Source: Bacillota bacterium
GTDB taxonomy: Bacteria > Bacillota > Clostridia > TANB77 > CAG-508
Direction of reading: 5' to 3'
Length of the DNA: 56,017 nt
Assembly (NCBI GenBank): GCA_963928635.1
Contig: CAWVFT010000039.1
Location: forward strand, 1-56,017
The translations under genes were made by a program, and so were the position numbers. How positions within the stretch are numbered: the stretch's first letter is position 1; the number at the start of each line of letters is the position of its first letter. The notes below the pieces were generated by a model. That model was not told where the DNA came from. It was given only the letters and a program-made list of their open reading frames with translations, and made no database searches. This document shows, piece after piece, positions 8,318 through 17,950 of the stretch.

Positions 8318-9364
8318 TCATGTTTCTTTTGTGTCTACTATTTGTTTTGCAATTGATGAAATTAATTCTTTTGCGTTTGTTACTCCTTTTGTATATATGC
8401 CAACGATGTATGTTTCTTTTCCATATATGATTCCATAGTCGTGAACATAGCTACTATAACTTCCGTATTTATGTGCTACTTCATATTGTGGTAATTGTCC
8501 TTTTAGATATTCTCCATTTGATGACTTTTTCATATATTCTAATAGTTCTGTGTATTTACTAGAATTGTTGTATAAATATGTTATTATATCAAATTCAAAT
8601 TCCGGAGTTATTACATTTGATGTGTAATAGTTTTGTGGCATTTCTTCATTAGAATATTTTTGTATTTCTTTTTTGCAGTTTGAATATCCTAGGTTTTGTA
8701 TCATTATATTTACTGCTGTATTATCACTATTTATTATTGCTTGCTCTATTAAAAAGCTTAGTGGTACTGAATTTCCAACTTTATATCTTGATGCTGTTGT
8801 TCCGGCACCTGGTTCATAACATCCTTCTTTATATTTTAATGTACTTTCTTTCGTCATTTTTCCTTCATTTATTCTATCATAATATAACATGGAAACTGGT
8901 ACTTTTATCGTGCTTGCCCCTTGAAAATATTTGTTTTCATTGTATTTATATTCTGTTTTTTGGTTTACATTGTAATAATAAAATCCAAAATTGTTTTCAT
9001 TTAGTCCATTTTTTTGCATTATTGTTTGTATCAGTGTTTCGATTTCTGTATCTATTGATCCTTCCTCAATTATTGTTGTGTTTTCTGTTTTATTGCTTAT
9101 CACAGTATTTTCTGTTTGTCCTTCTGTGTTTTCTTGTGTTGTATTTTCTTCTGTTTTATTTTGATTTTCTATATTTGATGTTTCTGAATTTACTATTTCT
9201 CCTTGTGTTTCTTCTGTTTTGTTTTCAGAATTGGTTTTGTTTAATATAAATATTATAATAGAAGCTATTATTGCTATTATACATATTAATATTATTGTGG
9301 TTTTTATAAATTTTTTCTTGTTTACAATTTTAACTTTACAGTGTTTCCCTTTTTTCTTTTTCAA
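8318..9364 (-). CDS. Membrane-anchored serine hydrolase, class A beta-lactamase-like
   Basis: N-terminal TM segment; the SxxK motif (ASTIK), SDN (INSDNTA) and a KxG-like HKYGS triad. Confidence 0.7.
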   Translation of the reverse strand: MKKKKGKHCKVKIVNKKKFIKTTIILICIIAIIASIIIFILNKTNSENKTEETQGEIVNSETSNIENQNKTEENTTQENTEGQTENTVISNKTENTTIIEEGSIDTEIETLIQTIMQKNGLNENNFGFYYYNVNQKTEYKYNENKYFQGASTIKVPVSMLYYDRINEGKMTKESTLKYKEGCYEPGAGTTASRYKVGNSVPLSFLIEQAIINSDNTAVNIMIQNLGYSNCKKEIQKYSNEEMPQNYYTSNVITPEFEFDIITYLYNNSSKYTELLEYMKKSSNGEYLKGQLPQYEVAHKYGSYSSYVHDYGIIYGKETYIVGIYTKGVTNAKELISSIAKQIVDTKET

Positions 9365-9382
9365 GAAATCACTTCCTTACAT

Positions 9383-10312
9383 TTATCTTAAGAATCCATT
9401 TATTATTTCGTCTTCTGCTTGTTTTTCTGTTAGACCTAGTGTCATTAGCTTGATTATTTGATCTCCTGCTATTTTTCCTATTGCTGCTTCATGTATAAGG
9501 TTTGCATCTACATCGTTTGCTGTAATTTCTGGTGTTGCTGTTACTATTGCATTGTCTTTTATTATTGCATCACATTCGCTATGTGCAAAACATTTTTTGT
9601 TTCCATATATTTTTGAAATAAAATATTGTTTTGATTCGTCTGTTGCAACAGAACGTGATGTTACATGTGTGCTTGAGTTTGCTCCGTTTAATTGGACATC
9701 AAATATTGTTTTTGCCATTTGGATTCCATTTGTCATTATTTTTTCTGATACTACAAAGTTTGTATCTTCTTCTAATATTCCTTTTGTTTCTCTTATAGTA
9801 GAGTCTACTCCTTTTATTTGACTGCTTTCCATTTCCATAGAGCTTCCTTTTTTTAGGTATACTTCTGTTACTGGATTTAGAACTCTTTTTCCGTCTCCTA
9901 TTCCTTCTCCATAATGTTTTTCTATATATTTTACTTTTGCTCCTTCTTCTAAAAAGAATCTGTGTATTCCATCATGCTGTGATTTTTTATGATGGTCATT
10001 GTGTATTCCACATCCTGCTACTATTATTACATTTGCATTTTTTCCTATATAAAAATCATTATATACTATGTCTGTTAGTCCACTTTCTGTGATTATTACT
10101 GGTATATGTATGAATTCGAATTTTGTGTTTTCTTTTACATATATATTTATTCCTGGCTTGTCTTGTTTTGTTATTATATTTATATTTTCTGTTACTTTTC
10201 TTTCTATTCCTTGACCGTTTTTTCTTATATTGTATGCACCTTTTTTTATTTCATTATAGTTTGAAATTTCATTTAATAAATTTTCATCTTCTTTATTTAT
10301 TAGTTTGTCCAT
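9383..10312 (-). CDS. SufB/SufD family Fe-S cluster assembly protein
   Basis: The C-terminal LIHEAAIGKIAGDQIIKLMTLGLTEKQAEDEIINGF is typical of SufB/D. It is paired with an upstream SufC-like ATPase. Confidence 0.75.
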   Translation of the reverse strand: MDKLINKEDENLLNEISNYNEIKKGAYNIRKNGQGIERKVTENINIITKQDKPGINIYVKENTKFEFIHIPVIITESGLTDIVYNDFYIGKNANVIIVAGCGIHNDHHKKSQHDGIHRFFLEEGAKVKYIEKHYGEGIGDGKRVLNPVTEVYLKKGSSMEMESSQIKGVDSTIRETKGILEEDTNFVVSEKIMTNGIQMAKTIFDVQLNGANSSTHVTSRSVATDESKQYFISKIYGNKKCFAHSECDAIIKDNAIVTATPEITANDVDANLIHEAAIGKIAGDQIIKLMTLGLTEKQAEDEIINGFLR

Positions 10313-10343
10313 ATTTTATTCTTATTGCCTCCTATCTCTGTAT

Positions 10344-11054
10344 CTATTTTCTATTTATTTTACAACATTTTGTGTTTTCTGTTAAATTATTTTTCAAAAA
10401 TTCTTCACTATTTTGAATTTTATCAATTTTTCCTGATTTCATCAATATTATTTCATCTGCTATTCTTAATATTTTTTCTTGGTGTGATATTATTAATGTT
10501 GTTCCTTTTATTATATTTCTCATATCTTCAAATATTTTTATAAGATTATTAAAACTCCATAAATCAATTCCTGCTTCTGGCTCATCAAATATTGTAAGTT
10601 TTGTTTCTCTTACGGCTACTGTTGCTATTTCTATTCTTTTTAGTTCTCCTCCTGATAAAGAGTTATTTATTTCTCTGTCAACATATTCGTTTGCACATAA
10701 ACCTACTTTTGATAGTATTTCGCAAGATTCTTTTTTAGTGATATCTTTTTTAGAAGCTATTTTTAATAAATCATGTACTGTTAATCCTTTAAATTTAATT
10801 GGCTGTTGGAATGCAAATCCTATTCCTAATTTTGCTCTTTCGTCTATGCTTAAATTTGATATGTCTTTTCCTTCAAATATTATTTTTCCTGAGTCTTGTT
10901 TTTCTATTCCCATTATGATTTTCACTAATGTTGATTTTCCTGACCCATTTGGTCCTGTTATTGCTATAAATTTATCTGTATCTATTTCTAAGTTTATATT
11001 ATCTAATATCTTTTTGTTGTCTCTTTCAAAACATATATTTTCTAGTTTTAACAT
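10344..11054 (-). CDS. SufC-like ABC ATPase
   Basis: Walker A GPNGSGKST, signature LSGGELKR and Walker B LTIFDEPEAG. Confidence 0.8.
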   Translation of the reverse strand: MLKLENICFERDNKKILDNINLEIDTDKFIAITGPNGSGKSTLVKIIMGIEKQDSGKIIFEGKDISNLSIDERAKLGIGFAFQQPIKFKGLTVHDLLKIASKKDITKKESCEILSKVGLCANEYVDREINNSLSGGELKRIEIATVAVRETKLTIFDEPEAGIDLWSFNNLIKIFEDMRNIIKGTTLIISHQEKILRIADEIILMKSGKIDKIQNSEEFLKNNLTENTKCCKINRK

Positions 11055-11135
11055 TTTATTTATTTTCCTTTCTTTTTTATTTATTTTTATTGTATTTTGA
11101 TTATAATCTCAATTTACTATATACTTTGCCTTTTG

Positions 11136-11804
11136 TCAACTATTGATACAAATTAGTTCTTTTATATTTTCGAATTTGCTTTCCCCTATACCTTTTACTT
11201 CTTTTATTTCTTCAATACTAGAAAATTTACCATTTTCTTTTCTGTAGTTAATTATTTTTTGTGCTGTTGATTCACCAATTCCTGGCAATGTATCTAATTC
11301 TTCTTTTGTTGCAGTATTTATATTTATCTTTTTGTTAGATGTATCTTTGTTTTTTGTCTCATCTATTTGGTTATTATTTTCTATTCCTATTTCGCTTGTA
11401 ATTAGCGTATTCTCATCATTAATGCTTGGTATGTTTATTTTCATTCCATCTTCTAGTTTATATGCTAAGTTTATTTTGCTTGTATCTGCATCTTCTCTTA
11501 ATCCTCCTGCTAAATTTACTGCATCTGATATTCTGCTATTTTCGTCTAATGTGTAGACCCCTTCTTTATTTATAGCTCCTGTAATATGTACTATTATTTG
11601 ATTTTGATTTGTATTATTTTCTATTTTATTTTCTGTTTCTTCCTTAGTTTTATTTTCTTCTTCATATGGGATTAACTCTGTTTCTATTATATTTTCTTCA
11701 AAGTCGTTATTTTTTTGTATTATTAAATATGATATTATAGCGATTATTGTTAATATGATTATAAATATCATCTTTTTTTGTTTTGCGCTTAATTTGTTAA
11801 ACAT
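11136..11804 (-). CDS. comEA: ComEA family DNA-binding competence protein
   Basis: N-terminal TM segment, an SLBB-like region and a C-terminal tandem helix-hairpin-helix (INTATKEELDTLPGIGESTAQKII...VKGIGESKFENIKE). Confidence 0.85.
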   Translation of the reverse strand: MFNKLSAKQKKMIFIIILTIIAIISYLIIQKNNDFEENIIETELIPYEEENKTKEETENKIENNTNQNQIIVHITGAINKEGVYTLDENSRISDAVNLAGGLREDADTSKINLAYKLEDGMKINIPSINDENTLITSEIGIENNNQIDETKNKDTSNKKININTATKEELDTLPGIGESTAQKIINYRKENGKFSSIEEIKEVKGIGESKFENIKELICINS

Positions 11805-11903
11805 TTTTTCCTCCTTTTGTTGAAAACTTCTTTAATTTAGTATATATTATTTTATAGATGTTTTGAGATTTTATATTATTTTAATTGCGAAAGGGTTTTT
11901 ATT

Positions 11904-13142
11904 ATGAATTTTAAAAAAATTAGTGCTTTTATTCTAGCTTTGTTTATTATTTTTTGTAATTGCTTTTGCTTTGCAATGAGTTCTGCTCCAGAAATTTCTG
12001 CTGAAACTGCTATTCTTATTGATAGCTCTACTAGCAAGGTTTTTTATGGTAAAAATGAAAATCAAAGAATGTATCCTGCTAGCACTACAAAAATTATGAC
12101 TGCAATTTTAACTTTGGAAAATTGTAATTTAAATGATGTTGTAACAGTTCCCTATTCAGCTATTAGTGGTATTCCTTCTGGTTATTCTATTGCTAATTTA
12201 AAAACAGATGAAACTTTAACTGTTAATCAGTTATTACAAGTTTTGTTGGTTCATTCTGCCAATGATGCTGCAAATGTTTTAGCTTTTCACATCTCTGGTT
12301 CTATTGAAAATTTTGCAAATTTAATGAACCAAAAAGTCGCTGAATTAGGCTTATCTAATACCCATTTTACAAATCCTAGTGGTATGCATGATGAAAATCA
12401 TTATACTACTGCTTATGATTTAGCTATTATTATGCAATATTGTATGAAAAATAACACATTTAGAAACTTGGCTGGTCTTAAATCTTGTACAATTCCTGCT
12501 ACAAATAAATCTGATGTTAGAACTTTTGCTACTACTAATAATTTGTTAATTAATAGCCAAACGAATATTAATAATAACAGTTATTATGAGTATGCAATAG
12601 CTGGTAAGACTGGTTTTACTACTCCTGCTAAAAATTGTTTGGTTTCTGTTGCTAATAAAGATGGTCTTGAATTGATTTGTGTTGTTTTAGCTGCTGGGCA
12701 AAATGCTAATGGTTCTAGTTCAAAATTTTCTGATTCAAAATCTTTATTTGAATATGGATATGCTAATTATTCGATTAAAACTTTTGTTGAACAAGGCTCT
12801 ACTGCAACCAATGTAAGTATTATTAATGGTACAGACGAAACAAAAAGTTTAGATTTAATTGTTAAAGATGATATTTCTACAATTGTTTCTGTTGATGATT
12901 TAAATGCAAATGTAGAACCTAAAATTGAATTGAATTCTAATCTTTTTGCTCCTATTTCTCAAGGAGCTACTGTTGGAAAAATTGTTTATACTATTGGGGA
13001 TAATGAATATTCTTCTGATTTACTTGCTTCTCATAATGTTATTCCTTCACAGTCTTTTTCACTTATTGTTAAAATAATTGCTTTGTTGTTAGTTTTATTT
13101 ATTTTATATAGATTATTATTCCATAAGAAAAAGAAAAAATAG
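11904..13142 (+). CDS. D-alanyl-D-alanine carboxypeptidase (PBP5/S11 family)
   Basis: Signal peptide; the SxxK (ASTTK), SxN (SAND) and KTG (GKTGFT) motifs; C-terminal membrane anchor. Confidence 0.9.
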   Translation: MNFKKISAFILALFIIFCNCFCFAMSSAPEISAETAILIDSSTSKVFYGKNENQRMYPASTTKIMTAILTLENCNLNDVVTVPYSAISGIPSGYSIANLKTDETLTVNQLLQVLLVHSANDAANVLAFHISGSIENFANLMNQKVAELGLSNTHFTNPSGMHDENHYTTAYDLAIIMQYCMKNNTFRNLAGLKSCTIPATNKSDVRTFATTNNLLINSQTNINNNSYYEYAIAGKTGFTTPAKNCLVSVANKDGLELICVVLAAGQNANGSSSKFSDSKSLFEYGYANYSIKTFVEQGSTATNVSIINGTDETKSLDLIVKDDISTIVSVDDLNANVEPKIELNSNLFAPISQGATVGKIVYTIGDNEYSSDLLASHNVIPSQSFSLIVKIIALLLVLFILYRLLFHKKKKK

Positions 13143-13148
13143 AAAATA

Positions 13149-13405
13149 GGGAAAAATGGGGACTTACTCAGTTTTCCCTCTATTTAAATATAAATGTGAA
13201 AATATATATTAAAATGCAGTGACGCGCAGTTTGGGAGGATGCCAATTCATATAGACCAGTCCTGCGCAACTGCTCATAATATAAAATTGTTGACCAAGTT
13301 CCTTATATGATAAGTCCGACCAGTAAGGAACGAAATTTTAATATATATTTTCACAAAAATAGAGAATTAGAAAAGGGAAAACTGAGTAAGTCCCCATTTT
13401 CCCCC
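13149..13405. repeat. 257-nt nested palindrome (long-stem hairpin) with a GC-rich structured core
   Basis: The outer arms aaaatggggacttactcagttttccct (13153-13179) and 13374-13400 are perfect complements. The inner arms tgtgaaaatatatattaaaat (13195-13215) and 13335-13355 are also perfect. ctctattt (13178-13185) pairs with aaatagag (13357-13364). The roughly 119-nt core holds further hairpins (GCAGT..GCGCAG/CTGCGC.ACTGC and GTTCCTTA/TAAGGAAC). Confidence 0.9.
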
Positions 13406-14784
13406 TAATTAAAATCTTTTCCTAAAACAATTTGTACTTGTACTTTACTTGTAGAAGATTTACTGTTTTGTGTTGTTCCAGTTCCTAGAGTTTCTCGTAT
13501 ATCTTCTAAATTTGATTCTGATATTTCCTTTTTATTATAAATCATTGTTTTTGTTATTGTAGATGTTGGTCCAGTTTTTGTAACATCATATCCAGCCTCT
13601 TCTAATAAATCAACTGCTTTTTGCAAGTTAGAGCTGTTTCCAGAACCATTTAATATTTCTATTTTAATATTTGATTTATTTTCTGCATTACTTGTGGTTG
13701 TACTTACTGAATTTGTTGTGTTTGTTCCATTTACATTATTTCCATCTGTTGTTGTTTGTTGCTCTGGATAGAATAGTGACTGAACTAACTCCTCTGTTTC
13801 TTCTTCGTCTACTACATATATACTTACTCCATTTGTTTCGTTTAAGTTTGGAGTATCTCCAGGTAATGTTGCTGTTTCTAAGTTCTGTGTGCTAAATTCA
13901 ACAGCATATGGTAAATAGTCTTTTATTGCATTGAAGTTTACATTTGTTATTAGGTTTCTTTCTGCTATATCTAAAATTTCTCCTAATTTTGTTATATTTC
14001 CTGCTGTTACTGTTTGGTCTATAACTGCTGATATAAATTCTCTTTGATTTCTCATTCTTCCTATATCATTGTCTCCATATTCATATGGGAAACTTGTACC
14101 ATCATTATTTTTTCTAAATCTTAATAGTTCTTCTGCCTGCTCACCATTTATTTCTTGAAGACCTTCACTAAATTGTATATGTAGGTCTTGTGTTGGATCG
14201 TCATAATCCATGTCTGTTGGTACATAATATTCAATTGGTCCTATTGCATCTACTAATTCAATTAATGCTTCTGTTTTTACTACTAAATAATATTCTATTT
14301 TGTCTTCTTCTGGTAAGTTTAATAAATCATTTACTGCATCTAATGTTTTTGTAGGGTCTTTCGTTAAATTATATATTGCATTTATTTTGTCTTGAGCCCT
14401 TGCTTTTTTAGGATTTGAGCCTGTAAACGAGTCTCTAGGAATTGATAATAAAACTGCTCGTTGTGTGTTTGGATTATATGATACTACCATTATTGTATCT
14501 GATAAATCTACCCCTGCTTGGTCTGTACTTACTCCCATTATTAATGCTTTAAATTCTCCCAGATTTTTTCTTGTGTTTGCATCATGCCCTGCAGCTGTTG
14601 CAAGCATTCCACTTAGGCTTACTTCTCCTTTTATTCTTATACTATTTATTATAAAATATGCGACTATTATTAATATTATTAGTAGAATTATTAGTAGGAC
14701 TTTTTTCCATGTTTTCATTTTTCTTTTTTTTCTATAACTTGTATTTTTTATATTTTTTCTTTTTGTTTTTTGTTTGCTATTCAA
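13405..14784 (-). CDS. LCP (LytR-CpsA-Psr) family protein with a LytR_C-type C-terminal domain
   Basis: Basic N-terminus plus a TM segment; an LCP core (VLLSIPRDS...); a C-terminal IKIEILNGSGNSSNLQKAVDLLEEAGYDV module. Confidence 0.8.
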   Translation of the reverse strand: MNSKQKTKRKNIKNTSYRKKRKMKTWKKVLLIILLIILIIVAYFIINSIRIKGEVSLSGMLATAAGHDANTRKNLGEFKALIMGVSTDQAGVDLSDTIMVVSYNPNTQRAVLLSIPRDSFTGSNPKKARAQDKINAIYNLTKDPTKTLDAVNDLLNLPEEDKIEYYLVVKTEALIELVDAIGPIEYYVPTDMDYDDPTQDLHIQFSEGLQEINGEQAEELLRFRKNNDGTSFPYEYGDNDIGRMRNQREFISAVIDQTVTAGNITKLGEILDIAERNLITNVNFNAIKDYLPYAVEFSTQNLETATLPGDTPNLNETNGVSIYVVDEEETEELVQSLFYPEQQTTTDGNNVNGTNTTNSVSTTTSNAENKSNIKIEILNGSGNSSNLQKAVDLLEEAGYDVTKTGPTSTITKTMIYNKKEISESNLEDIRETLGTGTTQNSKSSTSKVQVQIVLGKDFN

Positions 14785-14927
14785 AATAATCCACTCCTAA
14801 AATACATATGTGTTGCTATTATATCAAATATGTCTTTTAAAGGCAATAAAATACCAGCATTTTTTAAAATTTAATGGTACAGAGTTGCAATTCTCTGTGA
14901 ATTGTACTTATGTAGGACTTGCTTTAT

Positions 14928-15548
14928 CTATTTTAATAAAATATTTAATACATTGTTTTCATACATTGCTTTTGTTATAAATGATTTATTTATATTTTCA
15001 TGAAGCGCATTTTCTGAATTTATTTGGCCTATAAAACTTACTAACAATAAAGCTACATATATAATAAGTAATCCTCTTATTAAGCCATAGACAATTCCAC
15101 CTGCTTTGTTGACTTGTTTTAATATAGGTATTTCTGCAACTAGGTTTGCAATTGCTGTAATTATTCTTAATATTATTCTTATAATCAAGTATAGTATTAT
15201 TCCTACACCAATATTAATAATATTTATAGATAATTCTTTTGCTGCTTCTGGTAACATTTCTGTTTTTACTTCTTCTGCATTTTCAGTAACTATTTGCATT
15301 TCAACATCATTTGTTGCATTATCAACTGTTTCGTTTGCTTTTTCTAATATTGCATTTTGTATGTTTTCATCAAGTTGCGTGTTTTCTATAATTAAATTTG
15401 CTATTGGTTTATATATAATTAAGGTAATAATTATTGCTATTAAGAATGCACATAAGTGTATTGCTAATGATATAAATCCTTTTCTATATCCTAAAAATAT
15501 TGATAATGCAATTATTGCTATCATTATTAAATCTACTATTATTCCCAT
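14928..15548 (-). CDS. CvpA family membrane protein
   Basis: MGIIVDLIMIAIIALSIFLGYRKGFISL... is a CvpA-type N-terminus, and the protein has about 4 TM segments. Confidence 0.6.
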   Translation of the reverse strand: MGIIVDLIMIAIIALSIFLGYRKGFISLAIHLCAFLIAIIITLIIYKPIANLIIENTQLDENIQNAILEKANETVDNATNDVEMQIVTENAEEVKTEMLPEAAKELSINIINIGVGIILYLIIRIILRIITAIANLVAEIPILKQVNKAGGIVYGLIRGLLIIYVALLLVSFIGQINSENALHENINKSFITKAMYENNVLNILLK

Positions 15549-15618
15549 ATTAAATCACATTCCCTTCTTTTATTTTTTGCTTTTATCTTGAACTTATATG
15601 GATTTTTCCGTATCTTTC

Positions 15619-16800
15619 TTATAAATTAACTATTTCTACTCTATCCCTAAATATTATGCCTGCCATAGAATCAGTCATTGTAATTTTTGTTATTTCTTGA
15701 TTTGAAATATATCTTTTAATAAGCCAGCCATTTGTATCTATAAATTCTATTTGTGTTCCCAAATTTAATCCTATTTTGTTTTTGCTTGTATATATTTCTT
15801 TGGCAACAGCTTCTACTTTATATGTGGTTTGATTTTTGTTGTTACTGTTTAGTATTGATACTATTGAATCTGCTGTAAATAATCCCGAAGATTCTTCTGA
15901 TATTGTAATTGTAGAATTTGATAGTTCTACTGAACTAAATGTATTTTTTTTGTCCGAATTATTAGATACTGTTTCTACATTTCCATCTTCAGAAATTATA
16001 TCTATTTTATTTGTATATTGGCAAGCAAGTTTATTGTTTTCTTGATATTCAATATTTGTTATCAATGTATTGTTTTCCCCTTCATAGTTCTTAATTGCTG
16101 AATTTTCTGGATTTGAACTTGCTCCTTCTATTGATATTACTTGTATAGTTGATTTTATAATTGTTCCTGAAGTATCTATTTCTGCTACTGCTAGATATTT
16201 GTTATCATTAGATATTGATATATCTCCTACTCTATTTGTTGCGTAAAATGTTTTGAACAATTCATTTCCCTGTGGATTATATACTGCTACAACTGTTTTA
16301 TTTATTGTGTTTGTTATGGCTACTGCTACATACCCATTTTGATTTACTACTATGTTAGATATGTTACCTTCGATATTTGTTTCCCAAACAATTTCTTTAT
16401 CCACAATTAAGTATAGTTTTTGTCCATTATCTTCTCCTATTGCTAAATATCTGTTATTTGAACTTATTATTGGTGTTGTTATTGTTAAATTCAGATTTGC
16501 TTCTTCTTTACCTGAATTGTTATATATTTTAAATTCGTTTTTATTTAATATACCTATGTATTGGTTGAATGCATATACTGTTGGATTATCATTTTCTTTT
16601 ATTTCTATACTTATTAGATTTTCTTGATTTACTTCTTTTCTTAATATATTTTTATCTATCCATTCTCTGAAAGTTTCATTTTTTGTGTAAATTATTGATA
16701 TTGTAATTAAAAATATTATAAATAGTAGTATTAAAGAAATTATTACTATTTTTTTCTTATTTATTTTTTTTACCTTTTGTTCTCCCCCAAAATCTTTCAT
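15619..16800 (-). CDS. Membrane-anchored hypothetical protein (repeat-rich, possibly beta-propeller-like ectodomain)
   Basis: A long ORF with one N-terminal TM segment and a repetitive N/S/T-rich beta-strand-like sequence. I recognise no catalytic motif. Confidence 0.5.
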   Translation of the reverse strand: MKDFGGEQKVKKINKKKIVIISLILLFIIFLITISIIYTKNETFREWIDKNILRKEVNQENLISIEIKENDNPTVYAFNQYIGILNKNEFKIYNNSGKEEANLNLTITTPIISSNNRYLAIGEDNGQKLYLIVDKEIVWETNIEGNISNIVVNQNGYVAVAITNTINKTVVAVYNPQGNELFKTFYATNRVGDISISNDNKYLAVAEIDTSGTIIKSTIQVISIEGASSNPENSAIKNYEGENNTLITNIEYQENNKLACQYTNKIDIISEDGNVETVSNNSDKKNTFSSVELSNSTITISEESSGLFTADSIVSILNSNNKNQTTYKVEAVAKEIYTSKNKIGLNLGTQIEFIDTNGWLIKRYISNQEITKITMTDSMAGIIFRDRVEIVNL

Positions 16801-16832
16801 AATCTTCTCCTATTTTTCTTTTATTTGTTATA

Positions 16833-17903
16833 TCAATTTTTAGCTTTTTTTTCAATATTTTTATTAAAATTTATTTTGAATCTAGGTGAATTGCAACAGC
16901 AAATTCTTAGAATTTGAATTATCCCAAGATATCCAAATAAAGGATATAGACTATTTACTAAATTAGAAAATCCAAAATTCGATATCACTACTGCTGTTAT
17001 ACATAAAATTAAATTTGTTACTTTTTTATTCTTTTGTCTGTTTTGTATAACACTGTTTCCTAGTGATATTGCAGTTGTTAATATTGATGCTAGTAATATT
17101 AATCCATATGTTATTTTAAGTATAGGATACATTTTCGAAACCACATATACTGCTGGCATTTCTAAATTGTTAATGTTTACATCTACTTTTGTTAATATTA
17201 GAAATAATAGAATTGATAAAATTGTGATTATTAATGTTGTAAATATTGCTATATATTTGATATCTTTTTCTTTTTTAATTGAATTATTTAGTGTTATTAG
17301 AACTGGTATTAATAATATACTATTATAACTACTATACAAAACTGCACTTACTAACCAATTTGTATTATTGCTTTCTGTTATATAGTTTGTTAAATTTGAA
17401 AAATCTATATTTAATATGTTTAAGATTCCAATAATTAATATAAATATAATTAGAAATGGTACTAGTATTTGACTTATAATTATTAACCCTTCTGTATTTT
17501 TCCTTAAAATTATATAACATATACTTGCTAGTATTAGACTTCCAATTATTTTATTTATTGAGAATTGCTCTTCAAAATATGCTCCAAATCCTGCTATCAT
17601 GATATAAAAACTTATTATGATAAAGATGTTTATAATTATATTTACTATTTCTTTTAATTTTGAGTTCTTTTTTTGATAAAATATGTTGTTTAAAAATTCT
17701 TTATATGTTGTTATTTGTTTTTTTACTATGATATTAAGGGAATAATATATTACTATTCCCATTAATGCTATTGAAATTATTATTCCTATTATTCCTTTTA
17801 CTCCATGAGAAAAGAAAAAAATATATATCTCTTTGCCTGATGCAAATCCTGCCCCTATTATGGCTCCTATAAGGACAAATACTATTTTTAGAATATTTTT
17901 CAT
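16833..17903 (-). CDS. YkvI family membrane protein (putative transporter)
   Basis: IGAIIGAGFASGKEI is the N-terminal signature of the YkvI family, and the protein has about 10 TM segments. Confidence 0.65.
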   Translation of the reverse strand: MKNILKIVFVLIGAIIGAGFASGKEIYIFFFSHGVKGIIGIIISIALMGIVIYYSLNIIVKKQITTYKEFLNNIFYQKKNSKLKEIVNIIINIFIIISFYIMIAGFGAYFEEQFSINKIIGSLILASICYIILRKNTEGLIIISQILVPFLIIFILIIGILNILNIDFSNLTNYITESNNTNWLVSAVLYSSYNSILLIPVLITLNNSIKKEKDIKYIAIFTTLIITILSILLFLILTKVDVNINNLEMPAVYVVSKMYPILKITYGLILLASILTTAISLGNSVIQNRQKNKKVTNLILCITAVVISNFGFSNLVNSLYPLFGYLGIIQILRICCCNSPRFKINFNKNIEKKAKN

Positions 17904-17950
17904 TTTTAATACCTCATAATAATCTTTATGAGGTATTTATGTTTTCTATT

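Noticed and set aside
2861-13334. Local resemblance between the GC-richer segment 2861-2990 (reverse strand: ttgaccttatatggat) and the core of the 13149-13405 element (ttgaccaagttccttatatgat)
   Set aside because: Only about 15 nt match, with an indel, and the order of the surrounding hairpins is not collinear. That is not enough to claim a shared RNA family. The 2861-2990 segment remains unexplained.
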